Shown: positions 27,541 to 36,228 of the stretch, piece after piece | Layout of the letters: each line of letters begins with the position of its first letter | How positions within the stretch are numbered: position 1 is the stretch's first letter | Source: Nannocystales bacterium | GTDB lineage: Bacteria; Myxococcota_A; Polyangia; Nannocystales; Nannocystaceae | Reading direction: 5' to 3' | Assembly: GCA_050633305.1 (NCBI GenBank) | Contig: JBOEGF010000013.1 | Location: 96,001-160,000 of the forward strand | Length of the DNA stretch: 64,000 nucleotides | Made by a program: the position numbers and the translations under genes | The notes under the pieces: model-generated | What the model saw: only the letters and a program-made list of their open reading frames with translations | Told to the model about the DNA's origin: nothing | Database searches by the model: none

Positions 27541-29112
27541 ATGAGTACGACGCTAAGCATGTGGTTGGGGATCGCGTTCCTGGCCTTGGCCATCATCGCA
27601 GTGCTGCTTCAGGCATGGCTGTGGGGACCCAAGTTCTGGAACGAGGAAAAGAAGAAAACCGAAGCCCCGAAGTTCTGGCTGCGCATGCACGCGCTCGCCG
27701 GGTACTCCTACGGGATCATCTACGTCGTGATGATGTGGAACATGCTTCCGCGTCTGTGGGAGTACCAGTACGAACTCCCCGCTCGGACCGTGATCCATGC
27801 CGTCGTCGGCATCACGATCGGCGTCCTGCTCATCTGCAAGATCCTCATCCTCATCTTCTTCCGGCACTTCGAAGAGTCCATGCCCTCGTACGGATTCGGC
27901 TTGCTGCTGTGTACGGTCATCCTCTCCACGCTGTCGATCCCCTACGCCGTCCAGGCCCACGACTTCTCCGGTCGTACCACCGACCCCGAGAACATCGAGC
28001 GCGTGCAGAAGCTGCTCGCGAAGGTCGACTTCGGTGAACAGGAGGTTGATGTCGAGGCCCTCACCACCCTCGACACCTTCGAGCACGGGCGTCAGGTCTT
28101 GGTCAAGCAGTGCATCGTCTGCCACGACATGCGCACCATCCTTGCCAAGCCGCGTACCCCCCAGCGTTGGTACGACGTCTCCATGCGGATGCTCGACAAG
28201 CCGTCCGTGTTCGGCGAGCAGCTCCTCGAGGAGGACATCCCCGCCGTCACCGCCTATCTCGCCGCCATCACCCCCGAGATCCAGAAGTCGACCAAGGAAC
28301 GTCGCAAGCAGGAGCGCGACGGAGAGAAGAACACCGACGCCATGATCGACCTCGCCCACGGCGCCGACGCGGTCGGCAGTGCCAAGATCGATCCTGCCAA
28401 GGGCGAGGCGCTCCTGCAGGAGAACTGCACCGCTTGTCACGAGCTCGACGAGAACGACAACCACGGGCCGGACAACATCGCCGGTTGGCGTGGCGTCGTA
28501 GCGTCGATGGTGGACGAGGGTGCCGAACTCGATGATCAGACCGCGAACGACATCGCGATCTTCTTGGCGCAGAAGTACCCCGCCAAGGACGAGCCCCTTC
28601 CCGCCGCGGTGGGAACCGACACCGACGGCGATATTGGAGGCGAGACCGGCGACGAGCCCGAGCCTGAGCCCGAGCCTGAGCCCACTGTCGAGCCCGAGCC
28701 CGAGCCCGAGCCTGAGCCTGCCGCAGAGCCCGAACCCGAGCCCGCCGCCAAGCCCAAGAAGAAGCGCGCCAAGAAGAAGAGGCCCAAGGCGCAGCCCTCA
28801 GCGGAGGACAAGCCCGAGCCCAAAGCCGAAGAGAAGCCCAAAGCGCCGCCCAAGCCCAAGAAGCCCAAAGCCGACCGGGCCAACGGACGCGCGCTGTACA
28901 TGGCCAAGTGCAAGACCTGTCACGGTGGCGACGGCAAAGGCGACACCTCGTTCGGGCGGAAGCTCGGCGTGACTCCGCTGTCCGGTCTCGGCAAGTCGAA
29001 GATCCAGTCGGCGGTGGTGAGTGGCGTTCCCGGGACGAAGATGAAGTCGTACAAGAAGAAGTTCACGAACAAAGAGATCGACGACGTCGTTGCGTTTGTT
29101 CGCGGGTTGTAG
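27541..29112 (+). CDS. Membrane-bound triheme c-type cytochrome (DUF6529-like TM domain plus three CxxCH domains)
   Basis: Four TM segments with His in two of them; CIVCH, CTACH, CKTCH; EP/KP-rich linker. Confidence 0.88.
   Translation: MSTTLSMWLGIAFLALAIIAVLLQAWLWGPKFWNEEKKKTEAPKFWLRMHALAGYSYGIIYVVMMWNMLPRLWEYQYELPARTVIHAVVGITIGVLLICKILILIFFRHFEESMPSYGFGLLLCTVILSTLSIPYAVQAHDFSGRTTDPENIERVQKLLAKVDFGEQEVDVEALTTLDTFEHGRQVLVKQCIVCHDMRTILAKPRTPQRWYDVSMRMLDKPSVFGEQLLEEDIPAVTAYLAAITPEIQKSTKERRKQERDGEKNTDAMIDLAHGADAVGSAKIDPAKGEALLQENCTACHELDENDNHGPDNIAGWRGVVASMVDEGAELDDQTANDIAIFLAQKYPAKDEPLPAAVGTDTDGDIGGETGDEPEPEPEPEPTVEPEPEPEPEPAAEPEPEPAAKPKKKRAKKKRPKAQPSAEDKPEPKAEEKPKAPPKPKKPKADRANGRALYMAKCKTCHGGDGKGDTSFGRKLGVTPLSGLGKSKIQSAVVSGVPGTKMKSYKKKFTNKEIDDVVAFVRGL
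28654..28870 (+). repeat. Coding low-complexity repeat (GAGCC[C/T])n encoding (EP)n, followed by a Lys/Pro-rich tract
   Basis: gagcccgagcctgagcccgagcctgagccc... then aagcccaagaag... Confidence 0.85.
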
Positions 29113-29134
29113 GGAGCCGTTCGGCGCGGGTGCG

Positions 29135-29171
29135 AAGGGCGGCCACACGGTTTCGTGTGCGCCGCCCTTTT
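29135..29171 (+). terminator. Probable rho-independent terminator of the cytochrome gene
   Basis: AAGGGCGGC-CACAC-GGTTTC-GTGTG-C-GCCGCCCTT stem-loop ending in TTTT, just over 20 nt after the stop. Confidence 0.7.
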
Positions 29172-29407
29172 CCGGTGGCATAGGTCCTTCTGATGGACCT
29201 ACGGGAAGAACACATCCTGCAAATCCGGTACCCCAACCCAGGCCTGTCTCTCGTCACGAAGCCCTCTGGGCCCCGAAGTCGTCTCCAGCTTACGACGGCC
29301 ACGCCGACAGGGCGGGCATGATTGGTCCCCAGTCCCCGGATTCGGCTCCGGCACACGCCGTCCCCTTCGGAAACTGGCTTTCGGCCCCTCACGTAGGAAA
29401 CAAGAAT

Positions 29408-29821
29408 ATGGAGCCTTGGACAACGCCACAACAACTCGTCGAGCTTGCCGCCTTCTATGAGGCTGAAGCCATTGACCTCTCTCGGTTCGACGACGAGACC
29501 TTCGTTAGAAATGTCGAGAAGGCGTTGTGGGGGACGAACTGCTGGTCGTTCGTCGAAGCTTCGTTTGCGATCATTGCACCGGCCTGCTCTCGACGCCCTC
29601 ATCTGACGAGGACTCTCTTTCGCCACCCAATCCGAGCGATGATCGCGGGAGGTCTCGAAGACCCCGGTGAAGTGATGGCGCTGGGATCCGCGTGCGCCAC
29701 GAGGAACGACCCCTATGTCCAACCGTCCGAGGAGGGCAGAAGCTGGCTGGTCAGCGATTGGCCAAAGTTCGACCCGGTCGCTCGCGAGGTGTTCAGCGAG
29801 CTCTGGAACTCACAGTTCTAA
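29408..29821 (+). CDS. Hypothetical protein with lower GC than its neighbours
   Basis: 137 aa from MEPWTTPQQL; AGGA upstream; two sampled 60-nt lines are 52% and 58% GC. Confidence 0.6.
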   Translation: MEPWTTPQQLVELAAFYEAEAIDLSRFDDETFVRNVEKALWGTNCWSFVEASFAIIAPACSRRPHLTRTLFRHPIRAMIAGGLEDPGEVMALGSACATRNDPYVQPSEEGRSWLVSDWPKFDPVAREVFSELWNSQF

Positions 29822-30022
29822 GAAGACGACCTCGCAGAATCAGACCGGCGCGAGTAGCACCCGGTCCGTCAAACGAGCCCCTTGCTACTCGCACGAGCCC
29901 AACAGATCATCGAGCATGGCCCACGCGGCGACATCCCAATCCCGAGGAGCCCCTCGAGAACCTTCGCGGGACCGCGCACACCCGCCACATCACCTGCCCG
30001 CCGCTTCGCTGTGGGAGGACGC

Positions 30023-30526
30023 ATGAGACCGCTAGCCCTGGCATGCCTCCTCGGCGGCGCCCTGGCTGGCTGCAAGTCGACTCATCCACCGACCGCCGCG
30101 AACGAACAGCCCAAGTGCACCAACTTCGACTGGATGCTCGGTTCCTGGGAAACCCACGGCGACACCACGCAAAGCATCGAGCGCTGGATGCCCGACGATG
30201 CTGGCCTCCTGCGCGGTGAGAGCATCACGCGGGCCGAGGGCCAGGTGGTCTACACAGAGTCGCTTCGAATCACGCGGGGACCAGGCGGCGTCGAGTACCG
30301 CGCTGCACCGCAGGATCAGCCGCCCAACGTCTTCCCGCTCGAGAGTTGCGGTGAAAGGTGGGCCCGCTTCACCGACGCCGCCCACGACTGGCCGCAATCG
30401 ATCCACTACGCGCGCATGAGCGACACGCTCACGGCGACGGTCTCCGGAACGACCGACGGCAAAGAACGCACGGAGACGTGGTCGTGGACACTCGCGGCGC
30501 CGGAGTCGGTAGTCTCGACTCCGTGA
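30023..30526 (+). CDS. DUF6265-like lipoprotein
   Basis: GGAGGA RBS, lipobox LAGC, FDWMLGSW..ERW..ESLRI..HDWPQSIHY. Confidence 0.75.
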   Translation: MRPLALACLLGGALAGCKSTHPPTAANEQPKCTNFDWMLGSWETHGDTTQSIERWMPDDAGLLRGESITRAEGQVVYTESLRITRGPGGVEYRAAPQDQPPNVFPLESCGERWARFTDAAHDWPQSIHYARMSDTLTATVSGTTDGKERTETWSWTLAAPESVVSTP

Positions 30527-31461
30527 CCATCCTTCGCATCGCCGCGGCACAGATCGCCCCCGTCCTGTTCGACACGGATGCGACCACGCAAAGGGTCGTG
30601 GCGTCGATCATCGAGGCGGGCCAAGCGGGTGTGGCCCTGGTCGCGTTCGGGGAGTGCTTCGTCCCGGGCTATCCCGCGTGGCTCTCCCAAGGCGGAGGCG
30701 CGCGGTTTGACGACGCCGAGCTGAAGGACGCATACCGACGCTACCTAGCCGCATCCGTCCCGATGGACGGAGACCACGTCCACGCGATGCGTACGGCGTG
30801 CCGAGACCACGGGGTGACAGCCGTTGTTGGCATTCTCGAGCGAGACTCGGCGGGCGGCTCGGGCTACTGCACGGCGTTGGTCATCAGCGAAGCTGGAGAG
30901 ATCGAACTGGCGCATCGCAAACTCCGCCCCACCTACGAAGAACGGCTGGTCTGGGCCCCCGGAGATGGACAGGGTCTGCGAACCTTCGAGATCCGCGGAG
31001 TCACCTGCAGCACCCTGAACTGTTGGGAGAACTGGATGCCGCTTCCCCGCACGGCCCTCTACGCCCAGGGGACCCAGCTCCACGTCGGCCTATGGCCGGG
31101 CACGGACACCAACACCCGAGACATCACCCGTTTCGTCGCGCGAGAAGGCCGGGTGTTCATGCTGTCGGCCGGAGCCCGCATGGGGTTCGAAGACGTCCCC
31201 GATGATTTCGCGCTGGGCCGAGGGTTGGGTGAGGCGGCATGGGTGCGCAACGGTGGTTCCGCAGTCGCGGGGCCCGACGGCGCATGGGTGCTCGAGCCAG
31301 ACGTGACCACCGATGGTCTGGTGATCTGCGAGGTCGAAATCGACCAGGTGTTGGCGGAGCGGCAAAGCTTCGATGCCACAGGACACTACAGTCGGCCCGA
31401 CGTTCTCCAGCTGTCCGTCAACCGGACACGACAGCGAAACGTGACGTTCGAAGACGCCTGA
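30523..31461 (+). CDS. Nitrilase (carbon-nitrogen hydrolase family)
   Basis: Glu-Lys-Cys triad in FGECFVPGYP, HRKLRPTYEER and LNCWENWMP; FDATGHYSRPD; GTGA overlap with the upstream stop. Confidence 0.92.
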   Translation: MTILRIAAAQIAPVLFDTDATTQRVVASIIEAGQAGVALVAFGECFVPGYPAWLSQGGGARFDDAELKDAYRRYLAASVPMDGDHVHAMRTACRDHGVTAVVGILERDSAGGSGYCTALVISEAGEIELAHRKLRPTYEERLVWAPGDGQGLRTFEIRGVTCSTLNCWENWMPLPRTALYAQGTQLHVGLWPGTDTNTRDITRFVAREGRVFMLSAGARMGFEDVPDDFALGRGLGEAAWVRNGGSAVAGPDGAWVLEPDVTTDGLVICEVEIDQVLAERQSFDATGHYSRPDVLQLSVNRTRQRNVTFEDA

Positions 31462-31513
31462 TTCCTCCAACCGGGCAGTAGCAAAAAGCGACCCACCGGG
31501 AGACTCTGCCGTC

Positions 31514-33307
31514 GTGTCGGACAGTCGCCCGAACCTGCTGACGGCGGATCCCAAGCAGGCGCTGATCTCTTTGGCCGTACCCACCCTGCTGGGCATCGTG
31601 TTCATTCTCGCGGTCAACCTGATCGACACATACTTCGTCGGACAACTCGGGACGGACGAACTCGCCGCGATGAGCTTCACGTTTCCGGTGGCGACGTTGG
31701 TCACCAGCGTGGGCTTTGGACTGGGCGTGGGGACAACGTCGGCGGTTTCGCGTGCGCTTGGGGCCGGGGATCGTCCAACGTCCCAGCGCCTGGTCACCCA
31801 CGGGCTGATCCTCGGTGGAGTGGTCGTTCTGGCGATTTCGTTGATCGGGATCTCGACCCAAGACGCGGTGTTCCGCAGCCTGGGTGCGGAGCCTCAGCTT
31901 CTACCGCTACTCAGCGAGTACATGACGATCTGGTACGCGGGCGCGGTCTTCCTCGTGGTTCCGATGATGGGAACGGGAGCACTCCGCGCCTCGGGCGACG
32001 CCAAGACCCCCGCCATCGTGATGGCGGTCGCGGCCGCGAGCAACGCGGTGCTCGACCCGATGTTCATCTTCGGGTTCGGACCGATCGAGCCCATGGGTAT
32101 CGAAGGCGCCGCAATCGCAACGGTGCTCTCGCGCGCGTTCACCCTGCTGGTCACGATCGCGGTCCTGATCCGCCGCGACGTTCTGGACATCCACCTCCCC
32201 AGCACTGCCGAGCTGTGGGCCTCGTGGCGACAGATCCTGTCCGTTGGGATCCCGGCGTCGATCTCCAATGCCATCGTCCCCGTCGCCACCGCGGTGATGA
32301 CCGCCTTGGTCGCGAGCTACGGCGCAGCGTCCGTGGCCGGCTTCGGAATCGCGTCCCGCCTGGAGAGCTTCGTTCTGATCCCCGGCATGGCGCTGACCGC
32401 CGCGCTCACGCCCTTCATCGGCCAAAACTGGGGCGGCCACCACCCGGAGCGCGTCGCCGAATCGATGCGCGTCTCAACCCGGTTCGTCCTGGTGTGGGGG
32501 CTTGGAGCCTGGCTGGTGCTGTGGCTGGTCGGGGACGCGGTCGCGGGCGTGTTCACGCAGGACCCTACGGTCGTCGATGTGGCCCACACGTACATGTGGA
32601 TCGTCCCGGCGAGCTACGGGACGGCAGGGCTGGTCAGCGTCGTGAGTGCGTCGTTCAACGCGGTGGACCGTGCTGTCCGCTCCACCATCTTGTCCGCGCT
32701 TCGCTCGATCGTCCTCGCCGTGCCCCTCGCGTTCCTGGGCGCCGCACTCGCGGACCTCGAAGGCATCTTCGTTGGCATCGCGGTCGCGAGCCTCGTCACG
32801 GGTGGTGCGGCGATGCTTTGGTCTCGCAGCATGCGCTCGGTGAAGGAGTCGGTCGAAGACCCTGTGGACGGTCTGAGACTCCTCGGCGAACGCGGGGGAC
32901 CGATCGCCGCGCTCGTCTCGGCTGCTCGCGAGATCGAAGGCCTCCGGGTTGCGCCACGTCCGATCAACACCGTGGGCTTCTATGCGGGTGATCACGAGCT
33001 GGGCCACGTGCATGCCTCGGGACACATCGACCTTCACGTCCCTCTCGAGATTCACGACGCCCTGCTCGACCTGGGCAAATGCGCCCACCACCGTCACCTG
33101 CACGACGCGTCATGGATCACTCACCGGGTCGACACGTCCGAGGATGTGCCCGAGGCGCTGTGGCTTCTGCGGCTGACGGCGTCGTTGTCCACGTCGGTCA
33201 AGGAGGGGTGTTGCCCCGACACGGCGACGCTCGAACGCCTCGACTTGCCCCCGACGCTGGTGGACGCGGCGCAGAGTGCCGTCGACCGCTCGATTGCGGC
33301 CCAGTAG
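31514..33307 (+). CDS. MATE efflux transporter with a C-terminal luciferase/DUF5519-like domain
   Basis: IDTYFVGQLG..LAAM, LRASGDAKTP, NAVLDP.FIFG, second MATE repeat; extra soluble tail ELGHVH..DLH..HHRH..SW. Confidence 0.88.
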   Translation: MSDSRPNLLTADPKQALISLAVPTLLGIVFILAVNLIDTYFVGQLGTDELAAMSFTFPVATLVTSVGFGLGVGTTSAVSRALGAGDRPTSQRLVTHGLILGGVVVLAISLIGISTQDAVFRSLGAEPQLLPLLSEYMTIWYAGAVFLVVPMMGTGALRASGDAKTPAIVMAVAAASNAVLDPMFIFGFGPIEPMGIEGAAIATVLSRAFTLLVTIAVLIRRDVLDIHLPSTAELWASWRQILSVGIPASISNAIVPVATAVMTALVASYGAASVAGFGIASRLESFVLIPGMALTAALTPFIGQNWGGHHPERVAESMRVSTRFVLVWGLGAWLVLWLVGDAVAGVFTQDPTVVDVAHTYMWIVPASYGTAGLVSVVSASFNAVDRAVRSTILSALRSIVLAVPLAFLGAALADLEGIFVGIAVASLVTGGAAMLWSRSMRSVKESVEDPVDGLRLLGERGGPIAALVSAAREIEGLRVAPRPINTVGFYAGDHELGHVHASGHIDLHVPLEIHDALLDLGKCAHHRHLHDASWITHRVDTSEDVPEALWLLRLTASLSTSVKEGCCPDTATLERLDLPPTLVDAAQSAVDRSIAAQ

Positions 33308-33362
33308 CGCGCCGCAGCGTGCCCGCCGAAACGCCCGCCCGCGGTACCATGGCCGGGCCGCC

Positions 33363-35045
33363 ATGCCTCTGTCTCGCCGCACGCTCCTTCGCTATGCCAG
33401 TGCCCTCTCGGCGACCTCCGCCCTCGGGTGCGGTGACGATGCTCCCCCCCTGGATGGATCCGGGACCGAGAGTTCGACATCGTCTGGCCCTGGCTCCGAA
33501 GCATCGACGGGCGCTCCCCTGACCAGCACCGCGGTCGACAGCTCGAGCTCGAGCGGCGTCGTGGACGATGGGCTGCCTCACTACGAATGGGAGGGCGAGG
33601 TGGGACCCGAGTCCCTGTTCTCACACGGCGTGGCTTCGGGCGACCCGCTCACCGATGCGGTGATTCTCTGGACACGAATCACCATCGAATCCACCGACGA
33701 AGTTGAAGCGTTCTTCGAAGTCGCGTTGGACCCGCAGTTCGAGATGCGTGTCGCCGCGGACTACCTCGAAACCGACCCCGGCCGAGACCAGACCATCAAG
33801 CTCGATGTCCAGAACCTGAGCGCGGGGACCACGTACTACTACCGCTTCTACGCCCACGGCCGAGTCTCCGCCATCGGCCGGACCCGTACCGCACCTACGG
33901 ATGCCACTCGACTCCGTGTGGCCACGTGCTCATGCTCGAACTACTCGCGGGGCTACTTTCACATCTACCGTCGGATCGCGGAGCGGGCCGACCTCGACCT
34001 CGTTCTGCACCTGGGCGACTACATCTACGAAGCCGGCGTGAACCCCAATCACATCCGGCCCGTCGAGCCCGAACATGAGCTGATCGAGTTGGACGACTAC
34101 CGAATGCGCTACGCGACGTACCGCACCGACCCCGACCTTCAGGAGCTGCACCGCCAGCACCCGGTGGTCGTGACTTGGGACGATCACGAGTCCGCGAACG
34201 ATGCATACAAGGACAACGCCCAAAACCACACGCCCAGCACGGAAGGGTCGTGGGAGGACCGCAAGGCCGCGGCCGCGCAGGCCCACGCGGAGTGGATGCC
34301 GATGCGAGAAGGCATGCCGGGCATCATCTACCGAGCGCTTCCGTACTCGGATCTGATGCACCTGATCATGCTCGACACGCGCATCGTCGGGCGCGACCTC
34401 CAGCCCGACGATCTCACCGACCCCGAGCTGCTCGACGACCCCGACCGACAGCTCCTGGGGATGGCACAAGAGTCATGGGTGATGGAACAGTTCGCCAGCA
34501 CCGAAGCGCAATGGGTGCTCATCGGGCAACAGGTGATCATGGCGGAGGTTCGTTTGGGCGACAACCCGATCAACGCGGACCAATGGGACGGCTACCGCGC
34601 CGCACGAGCCCGGTTCTACGAGATGGCCGACGCGGTCTCGAACCTCGTCGTACTGACCGGCGACATTCATTCGTCGTGGGCGTTCGACCTCGCCGTGGAC
34701 CCACGCGGGGAGTACGATCCGAAGACCGGCGAGGGCTCGGTCGGCGTCGAGTTCGTGACCCCGGGCGTGACCTCTGCCGGCTTCCCCACCAACGCTGCAA
34801 ATGCGGCGCTCGTCTCCAACCCGCACTTGCACTGGGCCGAGCTCACGCAGCGCGGGTACGTGGTGCTCGATATCGACTCGGAGCGCGTGCAAGCGTCGTG
34901 GTGGTTCATCGACGATGTCGAGAGCCCCGACGGGGACACGCAACGTTTCGAGGCGGCATGGGCCGTCTACGACGGAACACGGCACCTGGTGCAGGAGGAT
35001 GAGCCAGCCGACGCGCGAGAAGACGCGCCCGTTCCCGCGCCCTAG
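33363..35045 (+). CDS. phoD: PhoD-family alkaline phosphatase (Tat lipoprotein)
   Basis: SRRTLL..ALGC; FSHGVASGDP, SCSNY, HLGDYIYE, WDDHE, LDTR, DQWDGY, LTGDIH. Confidence 0.93.
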   Translation: MPLSRRTLLRYASALSATSALGCGDDAPPLDGSGTESSTSSGPGSEASTGAPLTSTAVDSSSSSGVVDDGLPHYEWEGEVGPESLFSHGVASGDPLTDAVILWTRITIESTDEVEAFFEVALDPQFEMRVAADYLETDPGRDQTIKLDVQNLSAGTTYYYRFYAHGRVSAIGRTRTAPTDATRLRVATCSCSNYSRGYFHIYRRIAERADLDLVLHLGDYIYEAGVNPNHIRPVEPEHELIELDDYRMRYATYRTDPDLQELHRQHPVVVTWDDHESANDAYKDNAQNHTPSTEGSWEDRKAAAAQAHAEWMPMREGMPGIIYRALPYSDLMHLIMLDTRIVGRDLQPDDLTDPELLDDPDRQLLGMAQESWVMEQFASTEAQWVLIGQQVIMAEVRLGDNPINADQWDGYRAARARFYEMADAVSNLVVLTGDIHSSWAFDLAVDPRGEYDPKTGEGSVGVEFVTPGVTSAGFPTNAANAALVSNPHLHWAELTQRGYVVLDIDSERVQASWWFIDDVESPDGDTQRFEAAWAVYDGTRHLVQEDEPADAREDAPVPAP

Positions 35046-35119
35046 CGGTCGGGCACCTGCGATTCTTCGGCTCGCAAATTTGCGAGGAGCAGTCTCAGCT
35101 CTTGGCGCTACGGTACGCC

Positions 35120-36226
35120 ATGCGTAGAGCGTCCGACGTCGGAGTCCGAGCCTGGCCACTGCTTGCTGCTTGCGTGCTTGCGTGCGGGTCCGATCCTGCG
35201 GAGCCGGCGGCGGCGGACGCTGGAACCGGGAGTTCCTCAACCGGGACCGAGACCACAACGGAGGTCGAAAGCACGGGCTCCCAACCGACCACGGGCTCCA
35301 GCGGGGACTCCTCCAGCTCGGAAGGCGAGAGCAGCACCGGCGCAGGACCTGTCTACGCCGACGTATACCCCCTGGACGCGTCGCATCCGGAGGGCGGAAC
35401 GTTCGACCTCACCGATGAAGTCTTCTACGTCGGAACACTCGAAGGAGGATCCGTTCACCGAATCGACCCGCTCAGCGGCGATAACGAGACCTTCTACGCC
35501 CCCACAGATCCGGGGACCTGGATCACGCTGGGGATGGCCATCGACGAGACTCGCCGACGCCTCTGGGTTTGCGCGGCCGACACAGACACGGATCGCTTCA
35601 CAGGCGAACTGTGGATGTTCGACCTGTCGCGCGGAACTCGGGAGCAAGCGATCCCACTGCACGCCGGGGAGGACGTTGCGTGGTGCGAAGACGTCGCGGT
35701 CGCATCCGATGGCACCGCATACGCGACCGATCGAGAGAACCCGAACATCTACCGGGTTGACGCCGGGTTCGAGGCCGAGTTGCTGGTCACCGACAAGGCC
35801 CTGGGGTCACCGCTGCTTGGACAGAACGGGGTCATCGTGCTTCCCGGGGACGAGGCCCTCATCGCAGCCATCCACGCGCCACCCCAGCTCAACCACGTCG
35901 ACATCGCGACAGGCACGGTCACACCCGTCGTCATCTCGGGAGAGTTCACGGACACGGGCCTCGGCACGGGCGCGGATGGCATGGTCTACATCGACGGTAT
36001 GTTGTTCGTCGTCTTCGACGGCAAGCTCGCCCGCGTCACCCCGACCAGCGAAGACTGGTCCTCCGCCGACTCGACGATGGTCGAATGGCCCCGCGGACTC
36101 ACCGACGTCCTGTCGACCCCACAAGGGCTCTATCTGCTCAATGGGCAAGCGATCCAGTTCGCGCTCGGTCAAGACCCGCTCGGGCCGTTTGAGCTCTCGA
36201 AGTTCACAGGCGAGTTCACGCCGTAG
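35120..36226 (+). CDS. SMP-30/gluconolactonase-like beta-propeller lipoprotein
   Basis: Lipobox VLAC, S/T stalk, HPEG, LGMAID..LWVC, EDVAV.SDG.AY.TD, GQNG, GADGM. Confidence 0.8.
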   Translation: MRRASDVGVRAWPLLAACVLACGSDPAEPAAADAGTGSSSTGTETTTEVESTGSQPTTGSSGDSSSSEGESSTGAGPVYADVYPLDASHPEGGTFDLTDEVFYVGTLEGGSVHRIDPLSGDNETFYAPTDPGTWITLGMAIDETRRRLWVCAADTDTDRFTGELWMFDLSRGTREQAIPLHAGEDVAWCEDVAVASDGTAYATDRENPNIYRVDAGFEAELLVTDKALGSPLLGQNGVIVLPGDEALIAAIHAPPQLNHVDIATGTVTPVVISGEFTDTGLGTGADGMVYIDGMLFVVFDGKLARVTPTSEDWSSADSTMVEWPRGLTDVLSTPQGLYLLNGQAIQFALGQDPLGPFELSKFTGEFTP

Positions 36227-36228
36227 GC

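Noticed and set aside
28654..28760. Tandem DNA repeat as a CRISPR array or non-coding VNTR
   Set aside because: 6-bp coding units for Glu-Pro, with no spacers and no cas genes
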